Shown: one piece after another, positions 52,398 through 63,770 of the stretch
Layout: the number at the start of each line of letters is the position of its first letter
Position numbering within the stretch: the stretch's first letter is position 1
Origin: Leucoraja ocellata
Lineage: Eukaryota
DNA length: 64,000 bases
NCBI GenBank assembly: GCA_036785375.1
Contig: JAWMAR010000071.1
Location: 1,178,001-1,242,000, forward strand
Reading direction: 5' to 3'
Notes under the pieces: generated by a model
Database searches by the model: none
Told to the model about the DNA's origin: nothing
What the model saw: the letters and a program-made list of their open reading frames with translations, nothing else
Program-made: the position numbers and the translations under genes

Positions 52398-53092
52398 GGT
52401 GTGGCGGCGCCTAACGGCAGCGGCTCGACTTCAGTCCGTCTGTCTTTTTTTAATTTTGTCTCGTTAAATGTATGTTTGATTCTAGTTTTATTATTTTTTT
52501 AGCTGTGTATATGTTGGGGGGGAAACCGTTAATCACCCGAATTTTTCCCTGTCGGGTCTCCGGTTTCATTGGGACTAACATCGTGGAGTCGGCAGCGACC
52601 TCCAACTGGAACCAACCTGAGGGCTCCAGTCGCGGAACCTGCGGACCTGCCATCGCGAAGCTGGCCGGCTTCGGAGGCTCTGGCTGCAGGCCCTGTGGAC
52701 GGGAACATCGGGAGCTCGCAGGTCCCTGGTGGGAGACCGCTTTTCGGAGCCCCCGCAATGGCAACTTCTCCCGCTGGAATCACGGGGTGAAATGGAGCGG
52801 GGCCTAACATCGTCCGGCACGGTTTAACGGCCGCGGGATCACCCATGAGGGGCTTTAACATCGGGAGCCCCAGTTCGCCTTGACATTGCAGTTGGACTGC
52901 TGGACCGCGGGAGAAGAACAAGGGAAGAGATAAGACTTTTGCCTTCCATCACAGTGAGGAGGTGTTGGAGATTCACTATGATGGATGTTTGTGTTAAGTG
53001 TTGGTCTTGGGTTTTTTTGTAATTGTTACGATTGTAGAAAATACAATTTTGTTCAAAGCAAGCTGTTTGAATGCCATTCTATTCTATTCTAT
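52398..53092 (+). mobile_element. CpG-rich non-coding non-autonomous retroelement
   Basis: GTGGCGGCGCCTAACGGCAGC head, T-rich tract, G-run, CpG body, GCCTTCCATCACAGTGAGGA motif, (ATTCT)n tail. Confidence 0.7.
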
Positions 53093-53607
53093 ATTTTCGA
53101 AAGAGTTTTTTTTCCTACTTAGAGATCACATCCAGCAATTTTTTTTTAAAACTGCATAAGAAGGAGTCCAAGTTTCTCTCTGGTTTAAAAAAAGTGTTGA
53201 AAGTTAATGGGCTATTGAGTTGAGAGCGGAGAGGCAAATGCATGACATTTCTGGCCCCTTCCTTGTTGCATCAGAAAATTTCAGTATGTGAAGATGCTTC
53301 TTCCATTTCAACTCCTCTGCATTTGACATATTGCAATTGGCAAGGTACTGGTCTCCTCTACAAATTTTGCCAAAACATAACGGCTGTAATGAACATGCTG
53401 GATGTGGCTAGCTTTCTTACTCTGTCAGGTTTTAATTTTAATGATTTAATAATAATTTCAAAAGAAATCGATCCCCTATTGAAATTTGAACCCATCAGAA
53501 AGAAAATGGAAGCCATGAAAAACTGAAGGAATTAACTGGCTGCTCACCCACCTCCTAAAAATGGGAAACATGTTGCTCTGAAATCTAAGCAACTGCTTGA
53601 GATGGGC

Positions 53608-53735
53608 TGTGTAGGAAGGAACTGCAGATGCTGGTTTATACCAAAGATAGACACAGAATGCTGGAGTAACTTAGCGGGTCAGGCAGCATCTCTGGAGAAA
53701 AGGAACAGATGGCATTTTGCTTCCTTTTCTCCTTG
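53608..53735 (-). mobile_element. Penelope-like terminal repeat fragment
   Basis: TGTGTAGGAAGGAACTGCAGATGCTGG...GCAGCATCTCTGGAGAAAAGG. Confidence 0.8.
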
Positions 53736-53993
53736 AGATGGGATTCTCAGGGGCAATATTAATGACATGGGTACTGACATAAGTTGCAGTCTACTGCTCT
53801 TCATGTGCATAGGAGAACATATCAGAATTTCTAGACTGCTCTTTGCTCCTGAAAATTAATTCCATTCATTCTTATTCAAATACAATCTACATGTAGTGAG
53901 ACCAAACCTGCAGGCAAGGCAGGGAAGAGTGACTTCATGCTCACAGGAAGGAGAGGCTTACACTGACATTGGCAGCACAGGGTTCAGATGAAG

Positions 53994-54130
53994 CACATCC
54001 CTAAAACCTGCAGGTTTGTAGGTTAATTGTCCCTGGTGTGGGAGTGGATGTGAAAGTGGGATAACATGGAACTAGTGTGAACGGGTGATTGATGGCTAGC
54101 ATGGGCTCGGTGGGTCGAATGGCCTATTTT
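53994..54130 (+). mobile_element. V-SINE 3' half
   Basis: CAGGTTTGTAGGTTAATTG...GGCTCGGTGGGTCGAATGGCCT. Confidence 0.7.
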
Positions 54131-54424
54131 GTATTTGTTATTTTACAGTCAGGATCTATTTCATGGCCTTGGTTTTTACAATACAATCAGTCCTTGTAAT
54201 CTGTGAGGAATAACAGCACAAATGCTGCAGATTTATAAAGTGCAGATGTGGGCCATCGCCAAATCTTCTCATTTTGCACCCAATTGCTCGGGTACATTGG
54301 GGAGAGAATGTCCGAGTGTTCCGGGTGTGATTGTTGACGGGTAGACAGTGCATAGTGCATATCAATCATGGTATACCATTTAACTGTCAAAAGAGCTGTG
54401 AATAGGCTCAAAGCGCAGGATTTA

Positions 54425-54702
54425 AGGGCCTGCCCTACTGTACGAGGTAATTCAAGAGCTCTCCCGAGTTTAAAAAAAAAAATCAAACTCGTGGTAAGCA
54501 CGTAGAATGTACGCAGCGGGTACGTCGGAGCTCGGGACGTCTCTTAGCGGCTCGGGACGTCTCTTAGCGGCTCGTAACGCTAACGGCATGTACTCGGGAA
54601 ATGCGGTAAGATCGTGAAGACTCGTGAAGACTTTTCAACATTTTGAAAAATGCCCTATCTCGGGGGAACTCTTGAATTAGCTCTTGCAGTGGGACAGACC
54701 CT
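54425..54702. mobile_element. PIF/Harbinger-type MITE (third interior type)
   Basis: Imperfect TIRs AGGGCCTGCCCTACTG / CAGTGGGACAGACCCT; flanks TTA / TAA; internal 20-bp duplication GCTCGGGACGTCTCTTAGCG. Confidence 0.8.
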
Positions 54703-54704
54703 TA

Positions 54705-54895
54705 ACTCAGCAGGTCAGGCAGCATCTCCGGAGAAAAGGAATAGGTGACATTTTGGGTTGAGAGCCTTCTTCAGACTTCAGTTCTGAAGAAGGGCCGAGA
54801 TCCGAAATGTCACCTATTTCCTATCTCGAGAGATGCTGCCTGGCCCACTGAGTTACTCTAGAATTTTGTGTCTATCCTCGATGTAAAACCAGCAT
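54705..54895. mobile_element. Back-to-back inverted Penelope-like repeats with hammerhead cores
   Basis: Plus core CTGAAGA-A-GGGCC-GA-GATCC-GAAA-TGTC at 54784-54811; decayed minus core at ~54747-54774. Tail interrupted by CR1 and resumes at ~55175. Confidence 0.82.
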
Positions 54896-55174
54896 AGAAA
54901 CAAAGAAAATAGGTGCAGGAGTAGGCCATTTGGCCCTTCGAGTTAGCACCGCCATTCATGGCTGATCGTCCAAAATCAGCACCCCGCTCCTGCTTTCTCC
55001 TCATATCTCTTGATTCCGTTAGCCCTCAGAGCTATATCTAACTCTCTCTTGAAAACATCTAGTGAATTGGCCTCCACTGCCTTCTGTGGCAAAGAATACC
55101 ATAGATTCACAACTCTCTGGGTGAAAAAGTTTTTCCTCATCTCAGTCCTAAATGGCCTACTCTTTATTCTTAAA
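54893..55174 (-). mobile_element. CR1 3' fragment
   Basis: LRIKSRPFRTEMRKNFFTQRVVNLWYSLPQKAVEA. Confidence 0.92.
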
Positions 55175-55811
55175 TCTGCAGTTCGTTCCTGCACAGAAGA
55201 GCAGTGGTTCATTTAAGCTATTTGATGGTCAGCATTGACAGGGTAGGCTGAAGGGCCTCTTGCCCATTTGCACTTTCCCATTTTCGGGGTGAACCGCCAG
55301 TTATTTCCTCAAGTTCTTCATAGCTTCTACTTCCTTCCAATTTTTGTCCCATATGATTCTATGACCCAATGACTCTAACACCAAGGTCCTCTTGTGTGTT
55401 CACAGTACATGCACAAAAACATGATTATCCCCTACAAAGCCTTAAAGACCATTTATTCATGTTAATATGCACATTCAAACATTTATGTACCCAAAGGGAA
55501 ATTATATTAGCCAACACAATCGTGTAAAAATGCACATATTCTTGAGGGCCACATCATCTTGATATTGTTGTACAAATCTTTCTCAGACAGTGATGGGGGC
55601 AGTAACTTCTTTTTCTTGTTGGCCAACAGCAGTTGACCTAGGAAGCAGAGCCCGGGAAAGAGGGAGGGCTGGGGCAGAGGCATGGGGTGGTGAAAATCCC
55701 ATTTACTTTTTGGCTGGCCTGGCCTTTGTTAAGGACACTCGCACAAGGAAAACATTTGTACGTATTCTAATCCTTTTGAGATGTTTCTAATCTTTATGGT
55801 ATGGCTCAAAG

Positions 55812-56000
55812 CCTCATAAGATCATGTCATAAGTGATAGGAGTAGAATCAGGCCAATCGGCCCATCAAGTCTACTCCACCATTCAATCATGGCTGATCTA
55901 TCTCTCCCTCCTAACCCCATTCTCATGCTTTCTCCCCATAACCTCTGATACCTGTACTAATCAACAATCTATCTCTCTCTGCCTTGAGTATATCCACTGA
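55812..56000 (-). mobile_element. CR1 3' UTR fragment
   Basis: GGAGTAGAATCAGGCC...CTACTCC stem; ATCATGGCTGATCT. Confidence 0.8.
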
Positions 56001-56343
56001 TTCTCTAAAAACATTCAAATTGTGGTCTGGTGAATACACAGATCCGTGGTAGCTCAGAGAGAGTAAATAAAAGTACATTCTAGATGCCTCTGTCATTTAC
56101 AGGACAATAACCTTGGTAATGGTTTTTGATATAATATGCAACAATAATGATTTATGCATGTTATCATTTAAGAGAGCTGAGATTGACTTTAATTCATTGC
56201 TTAATTAGGCTCTGTACTCTGCTCCAATGATAACAGCCTCCCCTGTCCCCAGAGGAATATCAATCTTTTCCACCACATTTATGATCTCTTGAAGTTAATA
56301 TGACCATTTAGTATCAATAAGCACTAAGCTTGAAGCAATATTG

Positions 56344-56950
56344 TCTTCTTAGGCAGTCCCTTGGGGTTTGGGTTGACTTACCTCCACTCCAGACTCATAG
56401 GTTAAGGGACAACCATTGAGACCAATGTGGGATTGGTGGATTCTGCTAGAGATGAGGTGGGAGCTGTTTGATGGAAAGTTTGTGAGGTATTGGGAAGTTT
56501 GTGAGGTGGTGCTCACCTTTTACCATTTACACGTGGCTGCTATCTTCTCTCAATGAATGGACTCGTGGGACATGAATTTCCATGTGTATGAGGAGCTATG
56601 CTTTTTCAAGAAGACTTTGAAAATCGTTATTACAAACATCTGTCTTTCTTTAACATTCCTCATTTTACTTTTGTTCCATTTTCTTAAAACATTTACAGCT
56701 CACCAAATAATTTTTCCTGTCACCTGAGAATCTCCTAGTATGATGAAGCTCGGAACAGGGTATCTGTTTGGTGTTGGACATGTTAAACACGTGGCCTGCA
56801 CACTGGAATAAAGATTTCACGGCAACATCTTGATCCAAATATTAGTAGCTGTTAGACGACATCATCATCCAAGCTGGAGATCCAAGGATATCCACATCAC
56901 TCGTGCTGTAACTGGTGCCAATGATGGCTGGACTGACCACAACGTGAATC
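56344..56950 (-). mobile_element. Old LINE 3' fragment, possibly RTE-like
   Basis: TCTTCTTAGGCAGTCCCTTGGGG..TGACTTACCTCCACTC recurs at ~13709-13753 (TCTTCTCAGGCTGTCCCTCAGGATTGAGGATGACTTGCTTCCACTC). Clade is a guess. Confidence 0.4.
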
Positions 56951-58202
56951 CACTCTGTTATATCCATCAACATGTCACATGTCACTTGCAAACGATCTGC
57001 TCATACCTGCTATCTTCCAAAACTATAATATATAATAATCCATAGGGATTCCAACATTAATCCCTGTGTATTATCATTGGTCACAGTCTTCCAATCATTA
57101 AAGCTAGTCCACATGCTCACATCTACCTATTATCTATCCAATTTTGGATTCAGTTTGCTAACTTGTGCTGGATCCCAAAGGCTTTAATCCAGTTGGGATA
57201 GTGCCGAGAAATTCATCTGTCATGGATCATGCTCCATACCAGCACCAACCTACCAGACTCTGCCTTCAGACTTGTTCCATTAAATAGTTGCTGTATTATG
57301 TAACATGCCATGGCCAGCAATAAATTTCCAGGAACACATATCCATCATATCTCGAGATTAAATTCATTCCGTGCTGACAACTGATGAATGATAATATTGG
57401 TAACAAAATCTGACTGATTTGGAGACCCGGTGGGTGAATTTGTTTCCAAATTGTACGCAATGTATGCGCATACATTTGATTTTCAAGTCACCCTGATCTT
57501 CAGAGTTTAGATGTCAGCAGGTCTGTCAGAAATACATAGGATAAGAAGATCATGCTAAAATAGAACAATGCTGAATTAATAGCTAATATGCCAATGTGGG
57601 CCGGCTAATACTATGAATTCAACTCACATGAAGCATCAAGCAAGTGCATCAAGTGACAAGGTGCTGATGTTACTTCACAAAATTGCCCTTTTTGTTTACT
57701 TGTTAGCTATTGATTGATTTCAAGTAAAATAATGTTTGGTGTTTCAAACTGCCTTCAGAATTTGTAAATTCTGTTGGTCGTTGTCTGCCAGAAGTAATAG
57801 TTCATAGTCTTCAAGGTTTCTACAATAACACTGCTCGTGGAATTAATATTCTGATGAAGAAAGAGAAGAATGAACTGGACAAAGTGTTTAGAAGATGACC
57901 TGGATAGACAGATAGACAGATGCCTTTGGTCCACCAGATCCTTGCTGACCATCAGCCACCCATCTACACTAATCTTGTACAAATTTGTTTTCACATATTG
58001 TTATCAACTCCCCCCAGATTCTACAACTCAACTACACACAAGGGATAATTTACAATGGCCAAAAGGATGTACACTCAAAATAAAGTTGCATCTGCCTAGG
58101 TTCCTCACTGCATCCACCTCAAGGGACAATGCAAATGATTCAGTAAAGACATTTGTATGAAATATGTTGCGTGCTTTAGCCACAATTCAATCACAGTTGA
58201 CT

Positions 58203-58450
58203 GTTCAAGTTCAAGTTCAAGTTCAAGTTACATTTATTGTCACATGCACCAATTGGCACAGTGAGATTTGAATTACCATACAGCCATAGAATAAAAAGAA
58301 CACAATACACGATAGAGTTTAACATGAACATCCACCACAGCGGAATCAACGTTCCCACTGTGAGGGAAGGCAATAACGTTCAGTCATCTTCCTCTTTGTT
58401 CACCCGTGGTCAGGGTCTTTGAACCCTCCGCAGTCGCCACTATGGAGGCC
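58203..58450 (-). mobile_element. 3' part of the CpG-rich retroelement family
   Basis: (TTGAAC)n tail, GTGACAATAAA and CCTTCCCTCACAGTGGGAA motif on the minus strand. Confidence 0.7.
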
Positions 58451-58454
58451 CTCT

Positions 58455-59192
58455 TGCCGGGAAACTTTTTGAATCTCTCCCTGCACTGGAGACCCGACCT
58501 TTTCTCGTCGGGTCTCAGTCGTTGTTGAGGCCGTAACGAGGAGCGGCCTCCAACAGGAAGAGACCGGGGACTCAGGTGTCGACTCACCGTTGCCGTCGCG
58601 GAGCTGGCCGAGTCCGGAGCGGTGGAGGAGCGCTGCTGCTGCTGATGCTGCTGCTGCTGCCGGAGAGTCGGAGGCTCTCTACAGGTCTGTGGACGACGGC
58701 GCCGGGAGCCCACGGCTCCCTGGGGGGAGACCGCTTTTCGGGGCTTCTGCGGCGGCGACTTCTCCCACCCGAGTTGCGGGGTCGAAGAGCTCCTGGAGCG
58801 GGGCCTGACACCACTGCCCCGCGCGGCTGGAATGGCCGCGGACTCTGCGAGCGCACACCGGGGGCTCCAACATCAAGACCCGGTGTGCGACCTCGCATCA
58901 CCCGGCGTGGCTTTAATGGCCGCGGGACAATCGCCATCGCCAGCCGGGGGCTATGACTTTGACTCTGACATCGGGGGGGGGGGGGGGGGGGGGGAGAGTG
59001 CAGTGGAGAGAGAAGTTTATTTGGCCTTCCATCACAGCTATGTGATGGATGTTTATGTTAAATGTAATTATGTTGTGTCTGGGGTCTATTTGTGTGTAAT
59101 GTATGGCTGCAGAAACGGCATTTCGTTTGGACCTCCAGGGGTCCAAATGACAATTAAATTGACTCTTGACTCTTGACTCTTGACTCTTGACT
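58455..59192 (+). mobile_element. CpG-rich non-coding retroelement copy
   Basis: Shares GGGAGACCGCTTTTCGG, GGAGCGGGGCCT and GCCTTCCATCACAG with 52398-53092; (TTGACTC)n tail. Confidence 0.72.
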
Positions 59193-59345
59193 ATGTTACG
59201 TTTGTGCAGCAGTTGTGCCGTATTAATTTTGCGACAGTTGGCAATGTCATTGAAATATAACTTTGCTGACAAGGTACACGATAGCGACATCTCTTAATGT
59301 TTTTGGTCTCTGACTCCCTTGTGCAACCATAAGAAATGATAGTAA

Positions 59346-60068
59346 AGGGCCTGTCCCACTAACAGGACTTTTCAGCGACTGTCTTCAACCTTCAGGTTCG
59401 AAGCCACTCGCCTGAAAAACCTCGAGCTGGATCGACCATCAGCGATGAAACCGCAAGCCGGATCGACCGTCTGCGCGCGCACACACACATACATCGCAAA
59501 GGCGGGGGCCAGGGAAAGCGGGGGGGGGTGCTGTCTCAAATTCACACCCATGATGAACAGGAAGGTAAAAGACGGCTGGCACAGTTACTGTATGTCCTTT
59601 ATAGAGCGCGGAGGGAGGGGGGGGGGGGGGACGAGAGAAGGGGGAGAGAACGTGTGGAGCCACTTTTAACAAGCCAGACAACTGTTAATAAAGTTTAGTG
59701 AGCATTTAACATTACCGGTCGGTTTTCCTTGGTTCTGAAAACTCCAGTGAGCCAATTAAAATGCCCGGTCAGCAAAGGAGATTGCCTATGGCTACCACGA
59801 CTGCCTAGTGACTCCACTGCACTGCACTACAAGTTTAAAAGAACTGTGCCGACCAATTTTTACTTGCGGAAGATTTTTCAACGTGCTGAAAAATTTTCCT
59901 CGACCAAACTAAGGCCGTGAGTATGCGGGAACTTCCCTCGAGCATGAAGGAGAGTTCCAGTGACCTCCTAGGACCTCCTAGGACCATGTGTCAACCATGC
60001 TGCGAGTTTGAGTCAAGAGAAAACTCTTCTAAACTCGCAAATTAGGTCTCCGCGGTGGGACAGGCCCT
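59346..60068. mobile_element. PIF/Harbinger-type MITE, inverted copy of the 24577-25356 family
   Basis: TIRs AGGGCCTGTCCCAC / GTGGGACAGGCCCT; TSD TAA at 59343-59345 and 60069-60071; interior is the reverse complement of the 24.6-kb element. Confidence 0.92.
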
Positions 60069-60092
60069 TAACCTGTATACAGCAAATTCTAT

Positions 60093-60387
60093 GTTTAGTT
60101 TAGTTCAGTTTGGGGATATGGCGTGGAAACAGGCCCACTGAGTCCATGCCGACCAGTATTCCCCGTGCACTAGCACTATTCTACACATTAGGGAATATTT
60201 TACTGAAGCCAATTAACCTACAAACCTGCAAGTCTTTGGAGTGTTGGAGGAAACCGGAGCACCGGGAAAAACCCGTGCGGACACGGGGAGAATGTGCAAA
60301 CTCCACCCAGACAGCACCCACAGTCAGAATCAAACTTTAGTCTCTGGCGCTGCAAGGCAGCAACTCCACCACTGCACCATCGTGCCG
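60093..60387 (-). mobile_element. V-SINE (HE1-like)
   Basis: Same head, V-domain core and (CTAAA)n tail. Confidence 0.9.
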
Positions 60388-62179
60388 TGACCAGAACACT
60401 AATAGACACAATCTGCCCTAGCGTTGTCCTTACTCACAAGATGCCCAGGAGAAGCCAACAGTTCTCAGCAGAGCCAGTCACCAGTTGAGCATTCCTTGTA
60501 CAAAGAAACAATAATCCAATTTCCAATTCCATGCCAGGTGCCATCTTATCTTTTGATGGTATTTAATCCTCTCTGGAGAATACTGCATTATGTACCGGGG
60601 TGCTACAGACACTGAAATCATATCGCTGAGATCCTGGTGGCACTCTCTTTTGGCTCCGTGGAAATTACTATAAAGGTGCTTTGCTGCATTAGCTGAAGCA
60701 TGGAAAAGAGGTAGAAACCAAGGAAGATGAGGAAATCCTCCAAGAGCCACCCTCTGTGTGCAGCAGTGGCTAAAATAGGACAGAAAACTCTGGATATCTA
60801 ACAATAAATATCATATAAACTGCCCACATGCATGGCACCAACCATGCAGCAGCCGGTCAGCATCCAGAGTTCAGTGCAGCAGACTCCAAATGTAAATGTT
60901 AAATAGATGGGCAGTCCTTTAATTCGCCCAGCTGCAGTGAACAGCTATAAAAGCATGCTCTGTGAGTGGACAATGTTTTTTTTTTGCGAAAGCAGGAATA
61001 TATGACTGGATTTCAGCTGCAAATACTTTGTATGAACATTGCCTGACAAACAATGCCAATCTTTGCCAAATATCCTACAGTGTCTGTGATTGGCAGGTCA
61101 AATCTCACGGATTATGCAATTTGTGCAGAATAACCATGTTTGCACAATTTATGGCTAAAAAATATTGAGATTCAAATACTCAGCACCAAATTCAGTTTCA
61201 AGCGAACATGATTGATTAAAAGTATGGCCTTTGCCTCTATTCCTGGTTTCTTCTTTTGAACTGTGAGTGATCATTGTAATGAGCATCATAATTGCCGACA
61301 ACTGATCAAAGAGGCTTTCTCGTGCATTATCTGGATTACACAATCCTTTGGTTCCATTGCATTTTGTTAAATATAGGAAGTATTTTATAGTGAAATAAAT
61401 ACCATCAGGAATATGATTCCCAAAAGCTCCATAAATTATCCATCACTCTGTAAACTGGTGACTACAAATCTCTGTAATAAATCATGACTTTGTCTCCATT
61501 TTACATGGTAGAGGTCTTAGCCAACAAAAACAGGAGCTGGGGTTTTCCTATAAATTGCATCTTTATTGCACATAGTACTCATGATAGAGCATTGGATCAT
61601 ATTTCCTGGAATATTTAAAAGCTAGCAACAGCAAAAGTGGACATATTTCAATGTCCCTCATGCTTTGAAGATTTTAATACCTTTGACCATCGGAGAAAAA
61701 AAACAAACATATCCTCATTGTTCATATGTTACAAAGCCCAAACATCTTCATGAAAAGCATTTGCATATTTATCTGATCAGACTTTTGGTTCCTAAGACTA
61801 ATGCTTGTATTTGGTTTAATAACAACATGTACTCATAAAAAAAAAGTTCTGATTACAATCAGATGAAAATGTTAATCAAGGCAAAGCAAATGTAAATTGA
61901 AACATGTTTTGGGATTCATAAATATTTTACAAGGAGGGCAACAATACATTGAATGAAACGAAATTTCACAATTAAACATTTGTTATCCATTTTCCTCTGC
62001 TTTCTTTCACCTCCTCCAGAAGGCAGTGAACCTGACAGCTTGCAGAGTGCAAGTTGTTCCCTGGCATGCGATCTGATTACCCACTTTTCACTTGTGTCCT
62101 CAACAAGGAGGATAGATTGTATTGTTCACCGCTGTATGGTAAACTCATCGTGTTAAATCAACCACCCAACTCTTTTAAT

Positions 62180-62500
62180 TTGCATAGGAACGAACTGCAG
62201 ATGCTGGTTTAAACCGAAGATCTCTGGAAAAATCTATGCATTTGGATAGGACAGGTTTGGAATGATATGGACCAAATGCTGCCAGGTGGGACTAGTGTAG
62301 CTGGGACATGTTGGTTGGTGTGGGCAGATTGGGGTGAAGGGCCTTTTTCCATGCTGTTCGCACCATGACTATGACTAAAAGGAATTGGTGATGTTTCGGG
62401 TCTGAAGAAGTGTCTCGGCACGAAACGTCACCTATTCCTTTTCTCCGGAAATGCTGCCTGACCCACTAAGTTATTCCAGCTTTTTGTGTCTATCTTCATT
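62180..62500. mobile_element. Inverted Penelope-like repeat pair with nested CR1 3' end (~62235-62376)
   Basis: Minus arm GAACTGCAGATGCTGG...GATGTTTCGGG joined directly to the plus arm starting with the hammerhead core. Confidence 0.82.
62402..62429 (+). ncRNA. Minimal hammerhead ribozyme core (PLE type)
   Basis: GGT-CTGAAGA-A-GTGTC-TC-GGCAC-GAAA-CGTC-ACC: helix I GGT/ACC and a helix II with a compensatory T-A pair. Confidence 0.8.
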
Positions 62501-63312
62501 TCATTTGCATGTGTTCAGTGGAATTGAGTAAAGTGTATAGCAGAAACCAATTCCCATTTCTGAATCTATTTCCTATTAGCAAAGTTTAAAATATATCTTA
62601 GAGTGCTATTCGATTTAAGGGCAGTCCCTTTCTCTATAAAGATCTCTATATAAATAATTTCAAACAAGGTACACTGGATTGCAAAAGGAAGAGAAACCAT
62701 GCTAAATTATACCTTCCCTAGCCTATTACGGCAGTTCTGTCAATACTCTGGCAGAAATTAGAATAGATTGAAGATCAAATCTGAGAGGTTCTGCGTTTTA
62801 AAGGTCCAGTTTCACACATGCCAATGCATTTAGCAATTGGATCTCGTGGGAATATAATCTAAATTTAAGTGCAAAACACCAGCTGATGTAGTTTTGTTCT
62901 TTAGGAAAAATTGTATTGACAATATGACAAACATCACAAAGAAATACATTGTAAATAACTATGCTGCCTGAAAGTCATATTTAACAGATAGGTATTACTC
63001 TCTCTTACACAATGCTTTTACATTTTATAAATACATCAAAATAAATCCAATTATAGCCATTTTTTTGTGCAAACATTGTGATCAAAAATAATTCTATCAG
63101 TGGACTTCCAATATTGCAATTTCAATGCTGTATATGTTGGTAAACCTATTAACACAAGCCTTACAGGAGCGAATCATTTGTGATAGCCACTGTATCAGCA
63201 CACAAAAAAGATATTTTCACAGCGATTTAAATGTGGGTACAAAATTAATGGTAGCAAAAACGCAATACATAATCACACATAATTGACCTATTAATGTATA
63301 CATGCTTGTATT

Positions 63313-63358
63313 TGATGATGATGATGATGATGATTATTATTATTATTATTATTATTAT
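63313..63358. repeat. Compound microsatellite (GAT)n(TAT)n
   Basis: Direct reading. Confidence 0.95.
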
Positions 63359-63564
63359 GTGACTGCTACTTACTAATCTAATTTCCTAATTTTAATTGTG
63401 ATAATTTGAAAAAATGAAATAATTACAATGATACTTTGTCAAATTGCAAACATTTTTTGAAGCTAAATTATTCCCAATTGTCTAAGTTCTTGAGGTGAAA
63501 ATACCATAAGGCAGTTCCATGAAGGTGACGGGGAAAGGAGAATTGTTGACCAAAGCAGATTATA

Positions 63565-63770
63565 TTCTCCACAGATGCTGCATGTCCCGCTGAGTTACTC
63601 CAGCATTTTGCGTCTATCTTCAAATGATATTTAATGTTGCTAAATGTAGTGTATTGTGAGTGGACACATCTAGTTTCAAGCATGAGTTAAAAACAAACTG
63701 CTGCAGGAATTGAGCAGGTCAAGAAAATCTGTGGAGGGAAATAGACAGACAACATTTCAGGTGGAAATCC
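63565..63770. mobile_element. Penelope-like terminal repeat fragments
   Basis: CAGATGCTGC..CGCTGAGTTACTCCAGCATTTTG on +; decayed minus copy at ~63698-63770. Confidence 0.65.

Noticed and set aside
52450-52921. Overlapping GC-rich ORFs here and at 58384-59290 as genes or CpG-island promoters
   Set aside because: They lie inside copies of a dispersed repeat; high GC content suppresses stop codons in all frames.
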